Shown one piece after another: positions 42,784-57,364 of a stretch of DNA of 64,000 bases. The DNA lies in NCBI GenBank assembly GCA_964016885.1, contig OZ024741.1, positions 83,328,001 through 83,392,000 on the forward strand. Reading direction: 5' to 3'. How positions within the stretch are numbered: the stretch's first letter is position 1; each line of letters starts with the position of its first letter. The position numbers and the translations under genes were made by a program. The notes beneath the pieces were generated by a model, which was given only the letters and a program-made list of their open reading frames with translations, had not been told where the DNA came from and made no database searches. This DNA is from Eledone cirrhosa (lineage: Eukaryota).

Positions 42784-44373
42784 AAAAGTTTGTTTTATAA
42801 ATAGAGACGTACCCATGAAAATCATACCTTATCGGTTGGAAATTCCCTGGATAGTGGAAATATATTAGGGATTATTCAAATCATTTGTGACTATGCAAAT
42901 GAATATGTAAATAATTGAAATACAACCGTTTATTTAAATGACACTGGAGAAAGAGGGAGAAGAAAGAGAGAGAGAACAAATATTAATATTACGAGAGAGA
43001 TAGAGAGAAGAAATTCACAAGAAGATGAATAGAACTCATGTAACGTTAATATGGGGGAATTTACGATTATTTAGTTGTTAACATTATTTTCTAATATATT
43101 TACTGTCATAAGTAGATAGAAAAATAAATAGATATATTAATAGAAAAATAAATATATATAAAATTAGATAGAAAAATATATGGAAAGATAAATAGATAGA
43201 AAATAGATAGATAGAAAAATAAATAGAAAAATAAATCAATAAATAGATAAATAGATAAATAGATAGAAAAATGGATAGATGGGTATATCGTGTTATAGAT
43301 AATTGTTTTAATGAGTTATGTTGGATATTGGTTTATTAATGTAATTAATGTAATTAATTAAGTTAGCTGAATTAATAAGAATATTTATATTTATATATTT
43401 TAAATTTGGAAAGATACGGAAAAAACTCCAGTTTTGTTTATTTATTCGTTAGTATGAGACTATTTTGTCAAAATAAGTATAAATGTTAAAGATATAAATG
43501 GTGAAAGATATATTTAGCCTGAATTAGTTAGTGGTTATAAATCTAATAAAAGATATTAAAAAATGTTATTAAAAATGTTATTAAAAAATATTAAAAATTC
43601 AGGGTAAATTTAAAAAAAAAAATTTATAAGAGATAAGTAAATTAAAAAAAAAATAATAAGTAATTTTTTAAAATATATGAAAAATTTAATAATAAAAAAT
43701 AAAAAATAAAGAATTAAATAAACTTAAAAAATATTAAAATTAAAATTAAAATTAAAAATTAAAATATAAAAATGTTAAAGTTAGGATCATATATGTATAT
43801 ATTTTAAGAAATTCTAAATCATATCTATAATAGTTGCTATAATTTCACTTGTTAAAATTTCTTAAAATATATACATATATGATCCTAACTTTTAATTTTT
43901 TTTATTTTAATTTTTAATTTTAATTCTAATTTTAATATTTTTTAAGTTTTTCTACTTCTTTATTTTTCATTTTTTTATTTCTTAAATTTATCATATATTT
44001 TTAAAAATTACATATTTTTAAAAATGACTTACTATTTTTTTTAAATTTACTTATCTCTTGATAAAAAATATTAATAATTCCTTGAATTATTAATATTTTT
44101 TAATATTGACGTTACATGAGTTCTATTCAACCTCTTGTGAATTTCTTCTCTCTATCTCTCTCGTAATATTAATATTTTTTTATCTCTCTCTTTCTTCTCT
44201 CTCTTTCTCCAGTGTCATTTAAATAAACGGATGTTTTTCAATTATTTACATATTCATTTGCATATTCACACATAAGTTTGAATAATCCCTAATATATTTC
44301 CACGATCCAGTGAATGTCCAACCGATAAGGTATGATTTTCATGGGTACGTCTCTATTTATAAAACAAACTTTG

Positions 44374-44438
44374 TATTTTATCTGATGAAAGAGTACCAAT
44401 GTTGTCTTGGTTGGCCTTGAAATATATATAATAAATTA
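44374..44438 (+). ncRNA. Type I hammerhead, family B
   Basis: tattttat-CTGATGA-aag..taccaa..ttggt..ctt-GAAA-tatata-TA-ataaatta. Confidence 0.72.
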
Positions 44439-44594
44439 AATATGGTTTTATAAATATAGTTTCCATTTATTTAATATCATTGATATTTACTCCAGTAAAC
44501 TGTTGAGTGCTCTAAATCAGTTATAAACATTTATTTGTTGAACTTCCAACAAATTAAATACAACTTCTACATATATATTTATATATATATATAA

Positions 44595-44715
<121 letters not shown>

Positions 44716-44932
44716 TGTGTGTGTGTCTGCATGTGTGTGTGCATGTGAGTGTGTGTGTGTCTGCATGTGTGTGTGTGTATATAGTACCATGTAAAAGTGG
44801 ACCCTAGTTTGCTTAATTATTTTCTTAATTTTTTTTTTTTTCTTTTTAAGCAACATTTTTTGTATTGGTCCCTATGTGCTCCCGAGAGGCCCACTTGCCA
44901 TCAGGCAAGCTAGCGACCTGGCCAATCCGCTA

Positions 44933-44990
<58 letters not shown>

Positions 44991-47900
44991 GGGTTTGAAG
45001 GTTCACCACTGGATAGAGCTGGTCAATTCCGTATGGTCAATCTTAATGTAATAATATGGAGAGTACTCAACGTAAAGCAGTTCAACCGTCTTCGTTTTTG
45101 TAGTTGGTGATGCTAGTACGGAGTTAAATATTATAATAAAATGACAGGAGGCTGGACTTGTGTAAATCCATGAAAAGTTTATTATACTATGATCATTACA
45201 ATGACCGGGTTCAGTATGAATCCGGTGATATCATCCGGTATTGGAAATACAATAAATGAATGTAATAGGTAAAATCTATGGGGCTGAATATCAAAGTCAA
45301 GAGGACGACCGACCATCTAGCATCTTCCACTTTAGCCGGTCGCTCTCAAGTGTTGGCTATTCGGTCTACTTGAGGCCATCTGGTGAGGGGGGTAAAGCTT
45401 TTAGTGTGCTACTACCCTCCCGGTTAAATAGAAAGGGAGAGGAAGATAAGTTAGCGTTAATATCATGCTACACGAAAAAAGACAGAAAGAAAGGGGAAGA
45501 AAAGGAAGATGATGAAAAGTGGGCGTTAATGTCGAGCTACAAGAAGAAAGACATAAAGAAAGAGGAAGAGAAGTCCGTACTAATGTCAAGATAGTCAGGC
45601 CAGGAGTGGGGCGAAAAAATGTTATTCTAAAGGCCCCGTATCTTAACAGAGGTATATATTATAACAGAGGTAAATATAGTGGGGGTCTGTATGTTATAAT
45701 GTGTGAGCAGAAGATTGAACGTTAATTTTTGTTTAGATCTATAGGATGAAGTTACAAAAATTCAATATTTAATATTAACATTATAATATTTAAGATATTA
45801 GAAAATTGAAAATTAAACAGTTTAAAATGTTTAAGGTTTTTGGTTGCGAGGTTTAAGTAAAGAAAGGGTCTTTTATGAAGAAACTTAAATTGTATTATAG
45901 AGTAAAGATTATGTCTTTGTTTAGCAATCAAACAGCATGCGGCGAGTGCAGGCTCTGTCGGCCCAACCTTACCGCGTGTCAGCCCTTCCGAGTGATATCG
46001 CCTAGCGAAAGATACGGAAATTAATTTTTACAAGCACTCTAGGAATGTATAACAGGCTTCAGGTGCGCCAGTGGGAAGCCAGCCCTCATCGTTAGGCCAT
46101 CCTTGTACCGAACCAGTACTATTAATCTACCCAGGAGGGGGACTTGTTTAAGTAGAGGGAGGCGTGATACATCTAATAGTTCTGATTAGGTCTCCTATTT
46201 AAAGGTATGATATGGCGGTCAAAAAACCGGCTGCGCGCCGGGCCCCTGGGACGAATCATCCGCTCCGAGTAGTTTCATTTACCGAAAGAAGGGGAAATTT
46301 ACTTTTCCAAGCACTCAAGGTACGCCTATGCGCCAGGAGGCCGGTGCAGCAGCCAGGAAAACCAACCCACCAGTCCGAGAGAAAATTGGAACGTTAAATT
46401 ATTGTTTAGATTTATAGGATGAACTTAAAAAATTAAAGATAAACATTATAAAATTAAAGAGTTAGAGAATTGAGAATTAAATAGTTAGAACATTGAAAAT
46501 TAAACAGTTTAAAACTTTATTAAATTGCTATTATATTTCATCAACCCCGAAATGATAAAAATAAAAGATCTACAGAAGTTTTCAACTCAAAGCACAAACA
46601 ATCAAATAAATACGGCAAATCATTTAGTCCTTTATATATTATACACAGAAATAAATAAATTAAAGATAACATAGTCACCTGAAAATGACTTAGATCTACA
46701 CTATACCTGATCTACCATATAAACTATGAAAACGCCCGGGTTGAATAAAGAAATCAATGTATTAAACAATTGATCGGGTATAATTTCTGAGAAACCCATA
46801 AAACTGATTGCAGACGCAAACATTTGTCAGCTCTCATATCCAATCTCTTGCAACTACTCACAACACACCTACACATCTAACTGCTGTTAAAATACCTTTT
46901 CTTACTTTATCCTCACTTCAGTTCTGATTCTTAATCCCCGCCTGAAGTTATGCTTCATATATATATGAAAGGGAGAGAGACGAGATAGTGAAACAGTGTG
47001 TTTTTGTACATAATTTTTGTGTATATATTTGACATATAAAAGCAATGCCAAATGAAAGAGATAATTGTATCAACGTTATCCGGTCAATAAATCTTCCTTA
47101 GATGAAGCAATGCTTTAGAGCGACGCCGTCTAGTAGTCTGTTTATAGGATTAACTCACCTATCGCCATTTTGATTAGCTATTCTTTTATTCATTTTATCT
47201 TTCATTTAATCCCCTCTATAGAAATGAAATTTCAATATTTACGCAAAAGACAATCATGGCGCAGTTACATTTTAAATAGCAGAATGACCTGTCGTTTGGT
47301 TCGTAATAATCAATAGTATTATAATAATTGCAACGTTGAAAAAAGAAAGGAAAATATACATAATCTTGATTTTATAGCCAGATTTCAATTAAATCCTTTT
47401 ATTTATTTCTGAAGTTGACACAATCTATCGAATTTATTTTCTGCTTGTAGAGGTGATTAGTGTATTATATTAATCCTAGTTTTCTTATTTTATCGACCTC
47501 GAAAGAATAAAAGCCAACGTCGATTTCAAACGGATTTGAACATGAAAGAACGGACTAAATAGAAGACGTTTTGTCTTTCGTTCTATCGATTTACCAATCA
47601 ATCACTTTTGACGAGAAAATGTTCACATTGGCTATTTGTCAACAAAAGGAAATTGGATGTTTACAATAAACCTCTTAGTGGAATAGAATGGAGTGGATCT
47701 CCGTTGTCTTCTGCGATGAGTCTTCTAGTTCTCCAATCAACGGAACAACCAACTCACGAAATCAACGTGCAAGTGGGTGAGTATTCCACAGACGCTTGTA
47801 CATTTAACGTAGTTCTCGGAGCGATTCAGCATTACAGAGTAAGAAGCCTGGTCGTTTTACGCATAGTCCATCTGACAGACTTCCAAACTTACGTCTACCA

Positions 47901-49927
47901 AATTGCATACCAAAAACTTGGGGGTCCGGACCCAACAGTAATTTGCCTTTGCCCAAGATAACGCACAGTAGGATTAAACACAGCACGTTATGACTCTGAA
48001 GTGAACATCTTATCCGTTTGTCATGCTACATCTACGATTCATATTTAGGATAGTGTACATTCCCATTAATTTTATCTAACAGAGAAGCAGCGGGAAATGA
48101 AAGAACTTCTACGTGCACGCTTGACTTGTTAGAAATACCAGCTAAATCACCCGTAAAACCCACACTCTTCCCTTTTAAAACTGCAAAGGAGAATTTGGTT
48201 ACCGTAAATCATATATAGCTATATACAGGTGGGAAGTTCATGGTCGGGGTGGTAGTCATTATTATATTGCTAGATTAACGCAGCAACAACAAAAATAACA
48301 GACTGTAACTCATACAACAACATCAAGAGAACAGTGGCAGATACGAATGTGATTTCAGTAGACATGTTTGAGAAGTCCATTAGCTGAATCAGTCGGCCAT
48401 TTCATCTCTAGCCAAATAGAATAGCAAGCCAAAAGCCAAAACGAATGGAAATCAACTGAAAAGTAAATAAAAGAAAAGGAGAAAGATAGACTAGAAAATA
48501 AGCTAGTGAATTGTGTGAAGTAAAATGAATAAGTTATATCACATTTATATGGACTATAATCAAATAAGTCCTCGCAACGTTATTTATTATACTGAAATGC
48601 TATTTCCCTCTCTACAATCACATACTGGTGCAGACATACGCATTCATCTCTCCCGAAAACCTATATGCAATTATCTGTGCGAGACACTTCAGTTTAATTC
48701 AATATACACAGCGAACATATGCCGAAAAACTTTTGTAATATTCATAAAGCCAAATAAAGCCTGGAAATATTCAAATGCGTCTTTCTTAACTAGCGATCGC
48801 AAACAAAGCGAGATCTAATAATGTTCATACAATTATTTATTAACAATCATTGATTGCTGTCGATTTAACATATCGATCACCCCTTCTCTCACTCCACCCC
48901 ATTATATTCCCCCTCCACTAAATACAATACAGCCGTTTTTTCTGTATAAGATCGTTCATCAAATTGGTTCAACCAGTTATAAATTGATTCCTATTGTTTG
49001 ATTAGATGTACATTTTCAGAAATATGAGTGTTGGTTATGGTGGTGGCGGTAGTGATTAGATGTGTTGTTTATTAATTTTCTAAAGAATTTAGTGGCGCCC
49101 TAAGTAAATGTTAATGGATTTCATAGCGATGTGAAATGAACTTTCTAGATTTCGATTCGATGGAATGAAAGGAAGAATAACACGATTTAGTGATTTCTGT
49201 ATAGTTGTATCGCATTCATTATCATACAGTAGAAAGTAATTGCCTCTCATTTATGATTTTCGAGTTTTCACCGCAAATGTAGGTATATAAGCAGTCATTG
49301 GATTGTTTTTAAACACAGACCTTTAGCGACGAATGACATCGCATGGAATGTGCCTGAAAACTCAACACGATATATTAAAGAACGCCAAAGTAACAAATTC
49401 AGGAACTTACACGATATGTACATAAACTCAAAGACAGAATTCTGCAGGGTATATTTGCATCAAAAGAACCAATTTTTATTTAGCTGGAAGCCCGTGCCGC
49501 AAGATGCCATTTCATCGGGCATCCTGAAGACACATGGCACGACCTATTTCTAGTACACCTTAACGAGCGTACCTCGCACAAACACAGATTGGTGAATTGA
49601 TAGAGGACATATCGAGATTACAATATCACACTACAACCAACGAGCATGGAGACACGCAACCTACTACATCTCAGATCTTAAACATTGGAGAAGCCTCATT
49701 AAGGACAGAAATGTTGAGTGAATATGCATGTTTTCGAACATGCATATATATATATATACCCTTTTAATGTAGTTCCACCACTCCCCCTCACACCCTCGGA
49801 ACTCTTTTCCTTCCCACTTTTCTCCTGTTGAAGGGCTTATGCCCGAAAAGTCGTCCCCACCCCCCACTCTCAAGCGTTAACCTAATACTAACACTGTTCG
49901 TTATTGTCTGTTTTTTTGTTTTTAATT

Positions 49928-49971
<44 letters not shown>

Positions 49972-50623
49972 CATATATACGTATGTGTGTATGTGTATGT
50001 GTATGCACTGTGTCTGTGTATATATGTATGCATGTATGCATATGTAGTTACCCGTAATGTTGTATGCAAAATTATACCTGTGTGAGCGCACGTATGCGTG
50101 CAAATGAATGTCAATTTTATTTTAAAATTTTACTTATTCATCTTCTCTGCCCGTGAGTGTACGTGTTACCGTGCAACAGATTAACTACCTGATAAACCCC
50201 GAGTCATTTCATATTATTCCAAATGTATAACCCTAAAAATTGATAAAATCTTATACAAAGTTTTCCAGCCAAGAATTACATCCTCTGCATCAAATATATA
50301 TCTCTACTTTTAAGAGAGAGATTTACTGAATGAAGCACCAGTTTAAAATAGCCTCCTCCATTATACAGTGGTGGCTATGACTGGACCCCGGAACCATTGG
50401 TAGCACATATATTTTAAGCGTATGGAATATTGTTTACACTATATAATCATATTTGAATCTAGCTGTCGAAAGGCCGGGGTCCTGAGACGGTCGGGTCGTG
50501 AATATTTTCATATATATATATGAAAAGATTCAGGACTCTGACCGTCTTATGCCTACTGGTCTGCAAAGTGAATAACCCGCATGACGGGTAAAATATCAAT
50601 GGATACTTACATCTCGTTTGGAG

Positions 50624-50695
50624 TTTTGTCTGAAGAGAACACATATGGCAGTTGTTATACAGCTGCCTTACGTCTTTGAAATACGTATAACAAAA
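50624..50695 (+). ncRNA. Type I hammerhead, family B-like
   Basis: ttttgt-CTGAAGA-ga..ggcagttg(ttata)cagctgcc..ttt-GAAA-tacgta-TA-acaaaa. Confidence 0.75.
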
Positions 50696-51549
50696 TAAAT
50701 AAGCATGTAGAAATGAAACCGTCTTTCTTGTTATTATTATTATATATATATATTATATATATATATTATATATATATATTAAATATATATATATATATGA
50801 ATAAAATAGACCAAGAAACAATGTCCTACATCAGTAGTCTGATGATTATCGTTGGTATTTTTTGGCATTAAAGAATAGATACCTAAAATCAGTGCGAGCG
50901 ATAACTAAATTAAGTTATCGAGACAGAGAAAAGGAACCTAACAACATGGTAGTAATGCAACGTAAAGAGAAGAAAAGAGAGACAATTCAATGAATCGTGT
51001 GGGCGTAAGTCCGACAAATCAAAATGACGAGAAGAAATAGACGCGTCCGAGCCACGAGAAGATTGAGAGGGGAAAGAAATGCAAGCAGGTCAGACGGGAG
51101 GAAGTGACAGAGGAGGAGTAGCAGAGAGTGAGTGAGTGAAAGTGTAAGGAAGGGGCCAGCCGAGAGTAAGTATCCATTGTTATTTTACCGGTCATGCGTG
51201 TTATTCACTTTGCAGACCAGTAAGCATATGTCCGAAATTCTCAGGTAGCAGTTGTTATATGTGTGGGCGATAGATATTCCAATTGGCTTTGCTGCTTGTG
51301 AGCTGACTAGGGTATCAAGTTACCAGATTGGTCGCTTGATTCCTATGTATGAACCACTAATCTAGTTCTTTTTTTCAGACTAGATTTGTTCATTCTAGAT
51401 CTTTTTCACTTAGATACTAATTCTAATTATAGATATTTGTACTTTGATACTGATGTTATAATGTATATATATGTTAATGAATGTTTAATTAACTATTTGG
51501 TGGTATATTTAACATTATTTAAGTTTTAACTATATACTCTAAGTAATGT

Positions 51550-52100
51550 CTTATTAATTTTGTGTAAACAAGAATTTAAAAATTCAGAGATTTATTAATA
51601 AGTATGTGTCTACTATTTATAATGTGAAGAGTCTTTGTAGTACAGAGGAAACACACCCTAGATATAGACCCATTTAAATGTGGAAAAGCATGAGAGAGTT
51701 TTGACCAAGAAAGGGAGTATTCCACTTGTTTATTTCTAGTGACCAAATCAGTTCCGACAAGGTCGTGCTAGATTTGTCATCATCTCTTTTAAACGAGTGG
51801 CGATGGTTGTATCACCTTTCCTTAAATCCAGTAGCAATTGCACCAATATATCTATAAGTCTTACTACTCGTTTTTACTTCACATTGATAAACAACATTTT
51901 TCTGTAAACAGTTATTTTTCATTCTGCAATTGCAATTATTTATGTTACAATGCATTGTTCCCTCTCTGTGTCTGTGTGTCCAATGGTTTATCTCATTTAT
52001 GTTTAGGGTGCTATCCCTGTTATTCGAGTTGCTGTTTACTCCATCAGTGTTCCTGTGCTTGCAATTGTGAGTTATCTCTTTATGTTCAATTCACAGATTT
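51550..52100 (-). pseudogene. PLE GIY-YIG remnant (Naiad-like)
   Basis: Manual translation: CNCR..NCLQKNVVYQCEV..YIGAIATGFKER*YNHRHSF..TTLSELIW..CFLC..SCLHK. Confidence 0.75.
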
Positions 52101-52109
52101 CTATTGATA

Positions 52110-53879
<1,770 letters not shown>

Positions 53880-55179
53880 CTTAATATGTTAATGGTGAAT
53901 CTTGTTACTTTAGAGTTTCACCTGTGCACTCACATGAACATCAGCCAGGACTGAACATTCAATGGTAGTCATAGAATAAACAGAGGCAGATTCGATGGGT
54001 GCGTCCATGGTGGATGGGTGTTTTTGAATTGGATGTGTATATGTGGAGGGTGATTATTAGTAGGGTATGGATAGTAATAGTGGCATTATTCGGAAGTGTG
54101 GAAAAGGGTTCTATAAAAAGAAGCAAAGGGATATACAATATATGGTGAAGGGGCCGGTACCAAAGGATAGGAGAGAATACGGAGAAAATCAGGAAGGTGG
54201 TGATGAAAACGAAGGAAATAATTACTGACGAAGACAAAAGAAAAAGAAAGGTTAAGGGAAAGAGAAAAGAGTAGGAAAAGAGAACAAGAAAAAAGAAAAG
54301 AAAATAGAAAAAAAAAGAACAAAATATGAGCAAAGAGAAAACAGGGGAGGGAAATGAGGAAATGAGGGAGATAGGAGGAAGAGGGATAGAGTTCTAAGAG
54401 GAGGTATTAACAAGCGTTGACGGTGATGGTAGTGGTGGAGTTAACTAAATGAAACGGGTCAGTAGGTAACTGCTAAAGAAATAGTGCTGCTTATGATATT
54501 GATGAGCGTAGCAGATAGTGATGGTGTTTAAAGCGATAATGATACATATGAGATAAACGTATTAAATAGCAAAAACATAAAAATAGGTGGGTGGTGAATA
54601 TGTATCAATTAATGGGGGAATAAACATTAATAGGTGTGATAGGTATAACAGATTTAGTGAATAGAAGGCACATAATAATCTCATCATCACCTATGTTGGT
54701 GATGAGGAGAAAAGAGTAGAGGTGGTGTATATATGGTGATAATAAAATGAATGGGAATTATTTAATGAAATAGAATCAATGAAAGAGTAGCTTTAGCTAA
54801 AGGCTATTTGGTAATGGTAAGAAGCAGTGAAGTTTTGGAGATTGATAATGGTAATACTTATTGAGATGATGATGAGAAACCTGTGAAGATGGTGTATAGT
54901 TAAATACCTTCCTTCTATTTCTCCTTTCCTTTGCAGTGTCTATTACTGCACACACCTCTCAAATAGACACCTCAACCACATTGCCATGCAATTCTAAAAT
55001 ACTCATCTATCCCACTCATCTGTTGATGAGTCTTCTGCTATTCATACTGCTCTGTCGTTAAGAGTACATTCTTGTAAGATGATCATGTTTGTGCACCGGT
55101 GAAATCTATAATATGGAATATTTAAAATCAATTTCAGTTCCCAGTACTCATTCTCCCGTTCGATAATACCACACAGGAT

Positions 55180-55760
55180 TGTTATATATTTTCATATTTG
55201 GGATGGTCATGTTTCCAATAGTTCCAATAAATAGAAACACGTATCATATGATTTTTAATTTATCTTTACTCGTTAATTCGTCAAAGTTCTTTCGTCACAC
55301 AATCTGTAACATCAATGACTAACTGTTCAATGTTATGCCTCCTCTTCTTTCTGATCTTAAACTTCTATTCATTCTTATCTTTTGTTTTGATGGTGCATTT
55401 TCATTTTTCGTGTCTGCACCTTCGTCTCTGTGTGTGTGTTTCTTTTTGTGTTTGTGTGGATTTGTATATTTCGGTGTATTTTCCCTCTATTCTGTCATCA
55501 GTCGGTAATTTGCGGGCTGTTACTATTCCATTCCGTTTTCTATTATGTGTGTGGCCTCAGTAATGTGTTTGAGTAGATATGATCTTCATAGTAGTACTAA
55601 TGAGCTTTTCTACGTAAGTCTCGCCAATGTCCCTTTAATCTCGTTACTATGCTGCTGGCTGTCTCTCCTATGTATGTTTTGTCTTGTTTCTTCACCGTCC
55701 CTCAATATCTTATTGACTACATTTCTATTTTTTCAGTATATCTGTGGGCTTAGCTTACAG
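55180..55760 (-). mobile_element. PLE 3' remnant (GIY-YIG) ending in a family A terminal repeat
   Basis: NVVNKI..TYIGETASSIVTRLKGHW at ~55625-55725; decayed family A hammerhead at 55280-55319 on the same strand. Confidence 0.65.
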
Positions 55761-56499
55761 GTATATGTTTTTTTGTTTTTTTTTATTCATGTGAAAGAAG
55801 ATATAAACTAATTGTTTGTTTAATTATTACGTTATATACTTTAAATTTATCTTACGTTCTTCGTTACCGTACTATCGTTTAATATATCTGTATTATCCAG
55901 TATTGATCCCCTTTTCATAATTTCTAACTATGATTTACACATCTTCCTATTTATTCCTATTTTTTTTTTTATTTACTTCAATCAAGATTTCAACTTTAAT
56001 TTTCTAATTTTCAACCTCATTACCAATTTTAATTTCCATTGTGAAACGATAATATCTAGACCCTAGAATTAAGTTTACATTCTCTTCTCAGGTGATGGTC
56101 AATACTATTGTCCAAGCATAATTTAGAGGTAGTATTGAAATCTATTAAAATATATACTCACCACTACCACAAAGTTTCGGTGGGCGGCCACTGGACGTGC
56201 GACTACGAGTAAACTACAACTTAGTGGCTAGCATGAACCCTGTGACCTTCTCACCTTACCGGCCTGAATGACGAAAATCTTTTTTTTGGGGGGGAGGGGA
56301 ATGCCTAGGCTAGTTTTGTTGTGTTCTGGAGTAGTAGTAGGATGGTCAACTTCCTTCACATTTGCGCCTGCGCAAAGCTGGGGTGGTGAATTGGGGGTTC
56401 ACAAGGGAACAGGTTAAGGCATCGTGAATATCATCTTTGTCGGTTCCCTTGTCGTGTTAATTTGACTTGAGTGGGAAACGTAACCTTAATATGTAAGAA

Positions 56500-56574
56500 G
56501 CTGTCTGATGAGATCATGGCACTGGGTGCACAGAATAATGTGGTGAATGTCGTCATTAAAATATGTATCACAGC
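56500..56574 (+). ncRNA. Decayed family B-type hammerhead (G12 to A)
   Basis: gctgt-CTGATGA-ga...tt-AAAA-tatgta-TC-acagc. Confidence 0.5.
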
Positions 56575-56699
56575 CTTGTCAATAAGGTACTTTAACATCT
56601 GAAACTATTCGCATTTCCTTATTCTAAATATATTCCGTCATTCGTATGTGTAAAAAGTACGTTGTATGCTTGAATTGAATTGTATCATGTTTACCGTAA

Positions 56700-56823
<124 letters not shown>

Positions 56824-57235
56824 CTGTGTGTGTGTGTGTGTATGTATATATATATATGCGTGTGTGTGTATGTATATATAAATGTGTGTGTATGTAAATA
56901 TAAATGTATGTGTATGTACATATATATATGTGTGTGTGTGTATGTATATATATATGTGTGTGTGTGTGTATGTATATATATGTGTGTGTGTATGTATATA
57001 TATGTTTGCGTATGTATGTATATATATATGTGTGTGTGTTTGTGTCTGAAGCTACATAAGGTTCCATTTCAGAAATGTATGCTTAAACAAGGAAAATGCT
57101 TACCAGAGAGTTTGACTCGACGGTATCCTTTATAGTAGACACAGAAACATATGTTAAAGCACATAAATTCCTAATCACCTTATATTTTTCTTGGTGCAAT
57201 ACATGCTTTTATATATATATATATATATATATTTT

Positions 57236-57299
<64 letters not shown>

Positions 57300-57303
57300 C
57301 ATA

Positions 57304-57334
<31 letters not shown>

Positions 57335-57364
57335 GTATAAATATATATACAACTATATATACAA

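Larger units (their letters stand above)
42675..44570. mobile_element. 1.8-kb family B foldback element with hammerheads on both strands
   Basis: 42675-43045 inverted with ~44109-44482; 43560-43815 inverted with ~43850-44100; family B tail at 44483-44570. Confidence 0.8.

Noticed and set aside
50839-50920. CTGATGA with a ttatcg/cgataa stem
   Set aside because: TAAA replaces GAAA and there is no stem I
53905-55110. Diverged inverted pair (53905-53945 / 55078-55110) containing GAAA
   Set aside because: Cores are too degenerate to call ribozymes
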